A stretch of DNA of 64,000 nucleotides from positions 10,533-74,532 of the forward strand of contig JARFRH010000054.1 of the NCBI GenBank assembly GCA_029287355.1. Reading direction: 5' to 3'. The position numbers and the translations under genes are program-made. This DNA is from Maribacter sp. Lineage in GTDB: Bacteria > Bacteroidota > Bacteroidia > Flavobacteriales > Flavobacteriaceae. Under the pieces are notes generated by a model. The model did not search any database. It saw only the letters and a program-made list of their open reading frames with translations, and had not been told where the DNA came from. Each line of letters begins with the position of its first letter. Within the stretch, counting starts at the first letter, position 1. Shown piece after piece: positions 20,221 to 29,139 of this stretch.

Positions 20221-20830
20221 TAAATTATTTTCTTTTTATGTAGATATTTACAATTATTATCTACTGTATTTTTTTGATATATGTTTTTTGATAAACAGTT
20301 AAAAGAAGGTTATGAACACATATATCATAATATTCTTTTTTAATTTTTAATTTTAAATAAAAATGGTGATTATGATAGTGTGTTAATAATGGAGATAAAA
20401 AATTCAAAGAAAGTTTGCTTTGAACCAATTTTAAATTTATTGACATTCTATACAACTGGAATGTTTTTAGAAATCAGCTGTTTAACATTTTTATCAACCT
20501 ATCTTCATAAGTGATATCAACACAAAATTTATAATAAGTAATTACAAAGGTAGTGTTAACTTCTCAATATGAAAGTTTGATATCTTTCTCTTATGTTTTG
20601 AGAAGTAAATTATGGATTGTGATAATGGTTTTGTAAAGGACTATTCAAATGAATCCACAAAACTTAAAAGTTAGTTTTTATGTAATCGTTATTAACAATT
20701 CCCAGAGAGAAACTTAACAACAAATTAACCATTTGAAAACGCGATATTGAAATATGTGTTGTGAAGGGTTGAATAGTTGTGGTGAACCTCACGTATTTGT
20801 ACATTTGTACTATAACACATATTTGACACC
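20221..20830. other. Putative chromosomal replication origin (oriC)
   Basis: 610-bp very AT-rich spacer. DnaA-box-like 9-mers: TTATGAACA 20310, TTATTAACA (-) 20381, TTATCTCCA (-) 20390, TTATTGACA 20437, TTATCAACC 20491, ATATCAACA 20514, GAATCCACA 20651, TTATTAACA 20689. The tandem boxes abut a trinucleotide-periodic tract and a 29-nt A/T-only run. Confidence 0.6.
20777..20807 (+). promoter_or_regulatory. Putative -33/-7 promoter of the rpiB operon
   Basis: TTG (20777-79), 20 nt, TACATTTG (20800-07); 23 nt before the rpiB ATG. Confidence 0.6.
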
Positions 20831-21262
20831 ATGAAAATAGCAATAGGTAATGATCATGCTGGCACAGAGTATAAACTAGCTATCATCGGTTTGTTAAAGT
20901 CACTTCATATCGAAGTAGCAAATTATGGAACGGATGGGTCTGATAGTGTAGATTACCCAGATTTTGTTCACCCTGTAGCTGCCGATGTAGAAGAAGGAAA
21001 GGTTGATTTCGGAATTATCATATGTGGTAGTGGTAATGGAGCGTCTATGACGGCAAACAAACATCAAAAAATCAGATGCGCCCTTTGTTGGAACAAAGAA
21101 ATTGTTCAATTAGGCCGTCAACATAATGACGCCAATATTTTGAGCCTACCTGCCCGTTTTATTTCCCTAGCACAAGCGTTGGAAATGGTAAAAATGTTTT
21201 TGAATACCGAATTTGAAGGCGGAAGACACGAACGTCGTATCGAAAAAATACCTTGTACTTGA
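20831..21262 (+). CDS. rpiB: Ribose-5-phosphate isomerase B
   Basis: GNDHAG, SVDYPD, ICGSGNG, HNDANIL and FEGGRHERR motifs. Confidence 0.96.
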   Translation: MKIAIGNDHAGTEYKLAIIGLLKSLHIEVANYGTDGSDSVDYPDFVHPVAADVEEGKVDFGIIICGSGNGASMTANKHQKIRCALCWNKEIVQLGRQHNDANILSLPARFISLAQALEMVKMFLNTEFEGGRHERRIEKIPCT

Positions 21263-21265
21263 TTT

Positions 21266-22189
21266 ATGGCACATTCTCATGGCCACAATCACAGCCATAG
21301 TCACGCCCACCCTGATCTCAAAGGGAGGAATCTTATCATATCGATTGTTCTAAATATTTTGATTACCGTAGCGCAGGTGATAGGAGGATTAATCTCTGGA
21401 AGTCTTTCTTTGCTCTCTGACGCGCTTCACAATTTTAGCGATGTACTTTCTTTGATTGTAAGCTATATTGCGAACCTTCTATCGAAAAAACCATCTTCTA
21501 CGAACAAAACCTTTGGTTATAAACGGGCAGAAATTATTGCCGCCTTTGTGAACGCGGCAACCTTGATGGTAGTTGCGATTGTTTTGATTATTGAGGCCAT
21601 TGAACGTTTTCAGGATCCACAAGAAGTGGAATCGAACCTGGTGATTTGGTTGTCTTTATTAGGCATCGTGGCAAACGGTTTCAGCGTACTCCTCCTCAAG
21701 AAAGATGCGGACAGCAATATGAACATGAAATCGGCCTATTTGCATCTCTTCACTGATATGTTGGCATCTGTTGCGGTTTTGGCCGGCGGACTCCTTATGA
21801 AATTCTACGAAATGTATTGGGTTGATCCCGCCCTGACTCTGGCCATTGCTGTATATTTAATTTATATGGGATACGATTTACTCAAACAATCTACCCGTGT
21901 GTTAATGCTTTTTACACCTAATTCGATTCATATACAGGAAATCGTAGAAGCCATAGGAAAAATTAAACCTATTAAAAATGTACATCATGTGCATGTGTGG
22001 CAACTGAATGAAGATGAAGTGCACTTAGAGGCCCATATTGATTTTAATGAAGATATTCGCTTATCTGAATTCGATGCGATTCTAGAACAAATAGAAGAAG
22101 AAGTATATCACAATCACGGCATCAATCATGTCAATATTCAGCCGGAGTTTGGTAAATGTGATAGCAAACAAGTAATTGTACAAGACTAA
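21266..22189 (+). CDS. Cation diffusion facilitator (CzcD/ZitB-like Zn/Co/Cd exporter)
   Basis: His-rich N-terminus; SLSLLSDALHNFSD, TFGYKRAE, AYLHLFTD and HHVHVWQL motifs. Confidence 0.92.
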   Translation: MAHSHGHNHSHSHAHPDLKGRNLIISIVLNILITVAQVIGGLISGSLSLLSDALHNFSDVLSLIVSYIANLLSKKPSSTNKTFGYKRAEIIAAFVNAATLMVVAIVLIIEAIERFQDPQEVESNLVIWLSLLGIVANGFSVLLLKKDADSNMNMKSAYLHLFTDMLASVAVLAGGLLMKFYEMYWVDPALTLAIAVYLIYMGYDLLKQSTRVLMLFTPNSIHIQEIVEAIGKIKPIKNVHHVHVWQLNEDEVHLEAHIDFNEDIRLSEFDAILEQIEEEVYHNHGINHVNIQPEFGKCDSKQVIVQD

Positions 22190-22214
22190 CCATTCTATAT
22201 AAAAACAGCCTCTA

Positions 22215-22658
22215 ATGCTCGACATCACGGTTAAAAGTTTTGACGAATTAAGCACTAAGGAGTTATACGAACTTTTGCAATTACGTTCGGAAATATTCGT
22301 TGTAGAACAAGATTGTGTATACCAAGATCTAGACGGAAAAGACCAAAAAGCACTCCATATTATCGGCACAAAAAATAATTCAATTGTGGCCTATACCCGA
22401 ATTTTTAAGGCTGGAGATTACATGGCCCAAGCATGTATCGGCAGAGTAGCGGTGAAAGATGGTGAACGCAAACATGGCTATGGCATTGCTATTATGAAAG
22501 CCTCAATCAAAGCAGTTGAAGAACAATTCGGAGAATCTTCCATTGCCTTATCAGCGCAAACCTATTTAAAGCGATTCTATAATTCGTTGGGGTTTCAAGA
22601 AAAAGGAGGGGAGTACCTAGAAGACGGTATTCCGCATGTGGTGATGGTTAGGGGGTAA
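22215..22658 (+). CDS. ElaA-like GNAT N-acetyltransferase
   Basis: LRSEIFVVEQDCVYQDLDGKD, IGRVAV, SAQTYL...FY and EYLEDGIPH motifs. Confidence 0.9.
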   Translation: MLDITVKSFDELSTKELYELLQLRSEIFVVEQDCVYQDLDGKDQKALHIIGTKNNSIVAYTRIFKAGDYMAQACIGRVAVKDGERKHGYGIAIMKASIKAVEEQFGESSIALSAQTYLKRFYNSLGFQEKGGEYLEDGIPHVVMVRG

Positions 22659-22689
22659 TGGTCCTCTCTGTGAAAAAAAAGAACCCATT

Positions 22690-23532
22690 TCATATACTTT
22701 TAGTCACTTTTTTTCCAATAACAAAACAACTTCCCCCGAATGAAATTCTTTTATTCCTCGCTACTCTAGACAACTCCCATTTCCAAATATTTTCCAAAAG
22801 GCTATTCATTAGACCTTTTTTGGCTTTATGCTCGTTTTGATGTTTTTCCAATTGATTGGAATTTTTATTAAATCCTAATTTACTGGGAATGGATCTAAAT
22901 AGTAAAACAGGAAGGGGTAAAATAGAAAAGATATAAGTTGAGTAAGTAATACTAAACCCTGATTTTTTAAGCAGTTCATTCAATTCAGTCATTGAATATC
23001 TTCTGAAGTGACCCGCATCATCATCTTCATTAGACCATAAGAAATTATATGCGGGCACAGTGATATATATATAACCATTGTCTTTCATATACCTATTGAT
23101 GTTCTTTAAAAAAGCATCATCATTTTCTATATGCTCAACAACATCAAAAAGTCCGATGGAATCAATTTTATTCTGCACAAATCCCGCATTTTCAAGTGTT
23201 GAACAGAGAATATTTTTGATTCCTCTTGTATTAGCGTTCAAAGCGCCCATTTCACCTGGTTCAACAAGAAGGACCTCGACACCTTCATCTTGAAGCCTTT
23301 TTGACACAAACCCATTACCTCCGCCGATATCAAAGAACACCTTTTCCGCACTATGCTTTAGCACGCTATTTGCAATTATATTGTTCCTGTGTTTAAACCA
23401 AAAACTATCTTCCTCGATTTGCATAAAGCTTTCGTTTCCTTCTTCAGGGTAGGATATACTGGAGTTGGATTTTGAATAATAAATGCCATTTTGGTCTTTT
23501 TTAATATTCAAGGCTATTTTTTCTAAGTCCAT
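22690..23532 (-). CDS. Class I SAM-dependent methyltransferase
   Basis: EEDSFWFKHRN, DIGGGNG (motif I), FDVVEHI and ITVPAY...DDDAGHFRRY; this type is usually seen near surface-glycan loci. Confidence 0.85.
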   Translation of the reverse strand: MDLEKIALNIKKDQNGIYYSKSNSSISYPEEGNESFMQIEEDSFWFKHRNNIIANSVLKHSAEKVFFDIGGGNGFVSKRLQDEGVEVLLVEPGEMGALNANTRGIKNILCSTLENAGFVQNKIDSIGLFDVVEHIENDDAFLKNINRYMKDNGYIYITVPAYNFLWSNEDDDAGHFRRYSMTELNELLKKSGFSITYSTYIFSILPLPVLLFRSIPSKLGFNKNSNQLEKHQNEHKAKKGLMNSLLENIWKWELSRVARNKRISFGGSCFVIGKKVTKSI

Positions 23533-23575
23533 ATGGTTATTTGTTGCCGCAAATGAATGTGTACATTAGTATAAT

Positions 23576-23583
23576 CAAAGATA
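23576..23583 (-). promoter_or_regulatory. -7 promoter element for the methyltransferase
   Basis: Minus strand reads TATCTTTG, about 43 nt upstream of the ATG. Confidence 0.5.
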
Positions 23584-23811
23584 TGTTGTTTGATGTCTCT
23601 TAAGACCGCGCAGTATAATAAATAATATAATTGACCCATGAATTATATCAGTTGCGTTATTGACTGAACAATTGGCGAGTCGGGTCTTCTAAAAATACTT
23701 TGGACCAGAAGGTTTATGAAAATGGTGATTCGCCTATTGAATTTGCCTGAAATGAAAGTCAAATGACAAAAAAGAAGTAATTTTCCATTTGAAATGGTAC
23801 AATAAAGATCT

Positions 23812-24999
23812 ATGAAACATAGAAACTTAGCATTGAAATGCACCTTGGCATTCATGGTATTGGTTTCCTGTACAGAACCAACCAAAGAAGCGAATTTTTT
23901 GACCTCGGCAATACAGGATATAAAGACGGAGTTTGCCCCTGATAAGCGGGTAGCTTTATTTGATGTCTCCGTTGAAAAGAAGGGTGCTTCCTATATCCTT
24001 ACTGGAGAAAGTGATATACCTGACGCAATTGCCGCATTTAAAGAGAAGCTTAACTCGGAAAATCTAGAATTTATCGACAGTATTCAAGTGCTACCCTCAG
24101 CTAAGTTGGAAGGAAAAATGCAGGCTGTGGTCAATATTTCCGTGGCGAATTTACGAAGCAACCCTAAACATTCTGCGGAATTAGCTACTCAGGCCACTTT
24201 GGGCACACCGGTAAAAGTGTTGAAGAAAGAAGGCGGGTGGTATTATATTCAAACACCTGACAAATACCTCTCTTGGGTAGATGATGGCGGAATATCGCTT
24301 ATGGACACCAAACGTTTTGAAGAATGGAAAGCAGGGGATAAGATTGTTTATACAAAAACTTATGGACATGCCTATCAAGCCGCTGATGAGAAAGAGATTG
24401 TCTCCGATCTTGTGGCGGGAAACATTCTGGAAATTGTAAAGCTATCAAACGACCACTTTGTTGCCGCCTATCCTGATGGTCGTATTGCTATGGTAAGAAA
24501 CAATGAAGCCGAGCGTTACGCCGGTTGGATTCAGAACATGAACCCAATACCGGATAACTTGGTCGTCACCGCCAAGAGCCTTATGGGCGTACCCTATTTA
24601 TGGGGCGGTACCTCTACTAAAGGCATGGATTGCAGTGGCTTTACCAAAACCATCTATTTTTTAAACGGAATGGTCATTCCGCGAGATGCTTCGCAACAAG
24701 TGCACACTGGAAAGCAAATCGACCTAAAAAGAAACTTTGAAAATCTTGAAAAAGGGGATTTGTTGTTCTTTGGCAGAAAAGCAAACGATTCCACCAAGGA
24801 AAAGGTGGTTCATGTGGGGATGTGGATTGGCAATAACGAATTTATACATGCCTCGAATATGGTGCGCATCAGTAGTGTCGATCGAAACGCAGAGAATTTT
24901 GACGAATACAATTTGAATCGATACTTGCGATCGAAACGCATTTTAAAACAGGAGGATAAAGATCTGATTGATTTAACGCAGAGCTCTGTGTTTAAGTAA
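23812..24999 (+). CDS. SH3 + NlpC/P60 (C40) lipoprotein peptidase, YkfC/dipeptidyl-peptidase VI-like
   Basis: Lipobox-like LVSC; ANLRSNPKHSAELATQATLG (SH3b); GVPYLWGGTS..GMDCSGF, PRDASQQ, GDLLFF and HVGMWIG..EFIHAS. Confidence 0.9.
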   Translation: MKHRNLALKCTLAFMVLVSCTEPTKEANFLTSAIQDIKTEFAPDKRVALFDVSVEKKGASYILTGESDIPDAIAAFKEKLNSENLEFIDSIQVLPSAKLEGKMQAVVNISVANLRSNPKHSAELATQATLGTPVKVLKKEGGWYYIQTPDKYLSWVDDGGISLMDTKRFEEWKAGDKIVYTKTYGHAYQAADEKEIVSDLVAGNILEIVKLSNDHFVAAYPDGRIAMVRNNEAERYAGWIQNMNPIPDNLVVTAKSLMGVPYLWGGTSTKGMDCSGFTKTIYFLNGMVIPRDASQQVHTGKQIDLKRNFENLEKGDLLFFGRKANDSTKEKVVHVGMWIGNNEFIHASNMVRISSVDRNAENFDEYNLNRYLRSKRILKQEDKDLIDLTQSSVFK

Positions 25000-25000
25000 C

Positions 25001-25140
25001 CGTCTTTGCGAGCTGTCATCTTGAGCATAGTCGAAGGAGACAGCGAAGCAATCTGCTTGTTGGGAACACCGATAATTAGCGTGACCAAATTCATTGGATT
25101 ACCCGCGTCAATTACCTATCTGGGTTTTCCTCGCAATGAC
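25001..25140. repeat. Nested palindromic REP/MITE-like element
   Basis: Terminal inverted repeat GTCTTTGCGAG (25002-12) / CTCGCAATGAC (25130-40), 10/11 match. Inner GCTGTC (25012-17) / GACAGC (25039-44) stem. Begins with CGTC. Confidence 0.7.
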
Positions 25141-25174
25141 TTCGACATTTGATTTTAACAGAGAAAACAAGATT

Positions 25175-25726
25175 ATGAAAAAAGCACTTCTAACGTCCCT
25201 ATTACTAACAAGCACAATAGCATTCGCTCAATACGAAATTAAACCAGAGGAAGGGTATGCTCGCAATATTGGCTTGATGGTCGCTATGCTTGAGGATTTA
25301 AAGGATAGAATCACGGACCAAGTTCAAGATTTGACTCTATCCGAAACAGATTTCGAATTTGATGATAAGGCCAATAGCATTGGGTCACTTGTTATGCATT
25401 TGGTATCTACCGAAGCCTATTTTCAAATTGAAACCCTGGAAGGACGTAAATGGACGGAAGAGGAACAAAAAGTTCTAGGAGTAGGTGCAGGCTTGAACGA
25501 TACATCAAAACATCAACTCAAAGAAAAGCCGATACAACATTATTTAGATCTATGGGGCAAAGTGCGAAAGAAAACACTAGAAGGCCTTAAAACAAAGGAC
25601 GATGCATGGTTTGCATCGAATGTTGACGAAGGAATGAATTACCACTGGGCTTGGTATCATGTGATGGAACATCAGGCGAATCATATGGGCCAAATCGCAT
25701 TGGTAAAAAATAGATTGCCCAAATAA
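25175..25726 (+). CDS. DinB/DUF664 family protein with signal peptide
   Basis: NSIGSLVMHL and HVMEHQANHMGQI His motifs. Start moved to ATG 25175 (MKKALL...AFAQ) because the upstream TTG extension runs through the repeat element. Confidence 0.82.
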   Translation: MKKALLTSLLLTSTIAFAQYEIKPEEGYARNIGLMVAMLEDLKDRITDQVQDLTLSETDFEFDDKANSIGSLVMHLVSTEAYFQIETLEGRKWTEEEQKVLGVGAGLNDTSKHQLKEKPIQHYLDLWGKVRKKTLEGLKTKDDAWFASNVDEGMNYHWAWYHVMEHQANHMGQIALVKNRLPK

Positions 25727-25754
25727 AATGGCGCGACTGCCTATCCAGGCAGTT

Positions 25755-27290
25755 TTATGAGTGGATTGAAGAGGTGCCAAAAACCACTTCCAAATGCTTT
25801 TCGCTTGGCACACGTTTTTTACTCATTAAACTCACAACCACATAGGTCAACATCGAAATCAAAAAGGCCGGAATAATCTCGTGAATGTCCTTTAATGCCC
25901 CATATTCAAATCGAAAGGCAAAACGCCAGATGATATTGACCAGCATGCCTACTACCATAGACGCCATGGCCCCTAAATCCGTCCCCCATTTCAGGTAAAG
26001 CCCTCCAAAAATAGCCGGAAAGAAGCTAGCGGCGAAAACCGCCCCTGCAAAAGCTGTCAATTCAACAATACCGGCCATTGGGTAGAGGGTCATTACGAAA
26101 ACGATACCGCAATAAATGGCCATAAACCATTTTGTTCTGGGAATGATTTTGGTTTCCGGCATGGGCTTGGCAACATGCCAAATGTCTTTCACAAAAGCGG
26201 TTCCGATGATAATGATGACCGAAGCCAATGAAGACATTCCCGCAGCGAAAAGGCCGGCGACACAAATACCACTCACCAATTTATTGTCGAATTTGTCGAG
26301 CATAAAACCGATAACCTCGTCGGTGTTGTTGATGAGATAATTAGCTTCATCGGGCGTTGCCATTCCGTGAACCAAAGCGCCTAGACCCATTACACAGACC
26401 AAGGAAATTCCTAGAAAAACGGGTGTCCAAATCATGGCGAATCGCATACTTTTCGCATTATTAATGGAATAAAACCGGATGAGGTTTTTGGGCTCCGAAA
26501 TTTGCTTCATACCAATGGATAGTCCGATTCCCAAGATATACAGAAATGAAACGAGCTCTCCGAAAGTCACCAATCCTGATTTTATAGGTTCTCCTGTTAT
26601 TGTGAGGTGATTTGTATTACTGATGGCCTCCATGAGATTGTCAGTACCTCCAACATATATAAATGGGATGGCCAGCATCAAAATCGCAACAAAGAACATG
26701 ATGATGCCCTGAATGGCATCCGTCCAAAGCACACTGTACATACCTCCCCAAATGGTATAGATGCAAGTAATGGCGATTATCGCAAAAGCGCCATATTCAT
26801 AAGGAATATCCAAAACGGAAGTCAATACATGAGCACATCCCTTGGCAATGCCGATCATATACCACAAAGTCGCGAACAGAATAATCACGGCAGAAAGCAC
26901 CCGTATGCTTTTTGCTAAATTGCTTTTATAGCGTAAATGAAAATAATCTGGAATCGTAAATGATTTTAACCGAGCCGTTTGAAATCTCATTTTAGGTCCT
27001 AACAACTGCCAAGAAATAATACAGAATACCGTCCAAATCAATCCCATCCATGCCCAAGATAGTCCGTATTGAAAAGATTTTCCCGCCTGGCCGATATAGG
27101 TGTTGGTGCTGGCCGAGGTAGAGAAAAAAGCCAAAGAAATCACCCATCCCGGGATTTCTCTTTTGGCCACATAATACCCTTCAACTCCTTGAGATGCTTT
27201 CTTTTTAAAGTACCATCCGATATAGAGACAGCCACCGACATAAATAGCCGTTAGAATAAGTGTAACGTAATGTTCACTAAAATACTCCAT
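25755..27290 (-). CDS. Sodium:solute symporter (SSS) family transporter
   Basis: YYVAKR, SASTNTYIG, TIPDYF..RY, YTIWGGMYSVLWTDAIQG and AAGMSS; about 13 TM segments. The ATG at 27290 overlaps the upstream TGA. Confidence 0.92.
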   Translation of the reverse strand: MEYFSEHYVTLILTAIYVGGCLYIGWYFKKKASQGVEGYYVAKREIPGWVISLAFFSTSASTNTYIGQAGKSFQYGLSWAWMGLIWTVFCIISWQLLGPKMRFQTARLKSFTIPDYFHLRYKSNLAKSIRVLSAVIILFATLWYMIGIAKGCAHVLTSVLDIPYEYGAFAIIAITCIYTIWGGMYSVLWTDAIQGIIMFFVAILMLAIPFIYVGGTDNLMEAISNTNHLTITGEPIKSGLVTFGELVSFLYILGIGLSIGMKQISEPKNLIRFYSINNAKSMRFAMIWTPVFLGISLVCVMGLGALVHGMATPDEANYLINNTDEVIGFMLDKFDNKLVSGICVAGLFAAGMSSLASVIIIIGTAFVKDIWHVAKPMPETKIIPRTKWFMAIYCGIVFVMTLYPMAGIVELTAFAGAVFAASFFPAIFGGLYLKWGTDLGAMASMVVGMLVNIIWRFAFRFEYGALKDIHEIIPAFLISMLTYVVVSLMSKKRVPSEKHLEVVFGTSSIHS

Positions 27291-27409
27291 CAATGTTCCG
27301 GATTATGGTCGCTGTCATCGACTGTGATATCACGTTTGATGACCAAGAGCGCATTGATGACTACCAAAACGATGATACCGATATACGGGAAAAGGGTTAA
27401 GAAATCCAT
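27290..27409 (-). CDS. 39-aa single-TM small protein (probable SSS accessory subunit), absent from the ORF track
   Basis: MDFLTLFPYIGIIVLVVINALLVIKRDITVDDSDHNPEH*; A-rich region upstream; its TGA overlaps the symporter ATG (TGATG). Confidence 0.75.
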   Translation of the reverse strand: MDFLTLFPYIGIIVLVVINALLVIKRDITVDDSDHNPEH

Positions 27410-27450
27410 AGTTTGTTTTTGGTTATATTTTTTTAGTCTGAACCGCTGCT

Positions 27451-27520
27451 GTCACCTCGAGCGGAGCCGAGCGCAAAATAAGCAGAAGCGCAAAGGGTTG
27501 ACTACTGCGCTCGAAAAGAC
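27451..27520. repeat. Degenerate REP-like palindromic element
   Basis: GTCACCTCGAGCGGAG (27451-66) and CTGCGCTCGAAAAGAC (27505-20) form an imperfect inverted repeat, 12/16. Confidence 0.6.
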
Positions 27521-27526
27521 GTGAAA

Positions 27527-29005
27527 CTAAAACATTTTTTTCAATTCATTCTTTGTCACCTTACCTAAAACATTTCGGGGTAGTTCTTGAAGGACGATAA
27601 ATTTTCTTGGGACTTTGTATCCTGGCAATTCTTCTTTGAGCCAATCGGAAATGGAATTCGCAACGATTTCAGATTCGTTGGAAACAATACAGGCAGCAAC
27701 TACCTCTCCCCATTCCTCATCTGGAAGTCCGACAACCGCACAGTCATTTACAAGCTCATGCTTTCTAAGCACATCTTCGATTTCCAAGGCAGATATTTTA
27801 TAGCCGCCAGATTTGATAATGTCCACACTATCGCGTCCGAGTATTTTGTAAAGCCCGTTATTTAACATTCCAATATCGCCGGTAATGAACCAACCGTCTT
27901 TGGTAAATGCTTTTTGGGTGGCTTCCGGTTTTTGCCAATATTCCTTAAAAACACTTGGCCCTTTAATTTGGAATTCACCAGGCTCGTTTTCCATTACGGG
28001 ATTGTTATGTTCATCGACCAATCGCATTTCGACTCCCGGAAGCGGCAATCCTACATGCCCAGGTCTTCTTTCGCCTCTATATGAATTAGAAAGGCCCATG
28101 CCAATTTCAGTCATGCCATAACGTTCTAACAATGTTTGGCCTGTGATGCTCTTCCATTTTTCCAATACGGGTACGGGCAAGGCCGCAGATCCCGAAACCA
28201 TTAATCGAAGTTCTGATGCTGCTTTTGAAAGCTTTTTTTGTTCTTGTTCCGGTAAAGCCTCCCAAAAGGAAATCAACTTGTAATAAATGGTGGGCACGGC
28301 CATAAAAAGCGTGAGCCTTTCTGAGGCAAGAATTTTCCAAACATTTTCAGCATTGAACTTTGGCAAAAATTCGCAGCAGGCACCACTCCAAAGTGCACAA
28401 CTCATCACATTGATGATACCGTGTACATGATGCAAGGGCAAAATATTCAGAATATGGTCCTCTTTTTCCCATTCCCAGGCCTTGACCAATGCGGTTATCT
28501 GTGATTCGATATTGTCATGGGTGGTTACCACCCCTTTTGGTTTACTGGTCGTACCGCTGGTATACAAGATCATGGCACCTCGAGCGGAATCCACACGCGG
28601 TATTTCGCTGTTGTTTTCTTGAAGTATGGATTCTAATGGAACTACCGATATGCCAATACTCTTTTCCAATGGTTTTAAAAAGTCTAAACAGTCTTTATGC
28701 GCAATAACGATGTCTGCTCCGGTATCTTGCAAGACGTACTGAATTGAAGGTAATGGGTGCAAATCACATAGCGGTACTGCAATTCCACCCGCCGCCCAAA
28801 CGCCCCATTGTACCGCGGTATATTCAAAAGATGGAGGAATCAAAAAAGTAATTCGCGCTTCTTTGAGGTCTGGTTTGCCAGCCAATAGATTTGCCGCGAC
28901 ATTTCGAGCAGCTTTTAAAAGCTGCTCATAGGAATAGGCACTTCCGTTGGAAACCAAGGCTATTCGATCTTTGAAGTTCTTGGCCCTTTCTAGGAGTTGA
29001 ATCAT
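27527..29005 (-). CDS. Acyl-CoA synthetase, malonyl-CoA synthetase (MatB/ACSF3)-like
   Basis: YTSGTTSKPKG P-loop, LPLHHVHG, LFMAVPTIY, LLERYGMTE (MatB/ACSF3 signature), GWFITGD and LPRNVLGKV. Confidence 0.85.
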   Translation of the reverse strand: MIQLLERAKNFKDRIALVSNGSAYSYEQLLKAARNVAANLLAGKPDLKEARITFLIPPSFEYTAVQWGVWAAGGIAVPLCDLHPLPSIQYVLQDTGADIVIAHKDCLDFLKPLEKSIGISVVPLESILQENNSEIPRVDSARGAMILYTSGTTSKPKGVVTTHDNIESQITALVKAWEWEKEDHILNILPLHHVHGIINVMSCALWSGACCEFLPKFNAENVWKILASERLTLFMAVPTIYYKLISFWEALPEQEQKKLSKAASELRLMVSGSAALPVPVLEKWKSITGQTLLERYGMTEIGMGLSNSYRGERRPGHVGLPLPGVEMRLVDEHNNPVMENEPGEFQIKGPSVFKEYWQKPEATQKAFTKDGWFITGDIGMLNNGLYKILGRDSVDIIKSGGYKISALEIEDVLRKHELVNDCAVVGLPDEEWGEVVAACIVSNESEIVANSISDWLKEELPGYKVPRKFIVLQELPRNVLGKVTKNELKKMF

Positions 29006-29139
29006 AGGCTAAATATACGGAGATATTTGATTTATGGAGCCCTTTCCCTAGTAGGTGAAGGTGACATTGACGAAGCAATGATGACGGAAGGGTTTGAACA
29101 TGAACTATTGAAGTCTAGACCATGGGTCGGCTTTCGATT

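Noticed and set aside
20261..20455. 64-aa ORF in the rnr-rpiB spacer
   Set aside because: Low-complexity translation of AT-rich DNA with a non-ATG start; it overlaps the putative origin elements.
25094..25174. N-terminal extensions in the ORF track (DinB 25094, MBL 52841, lactonase 51958)
   Set aside because: They run through a repeat or overlap neighbouring genes; downstream ATGs give proper signal peptides or family N-termini.
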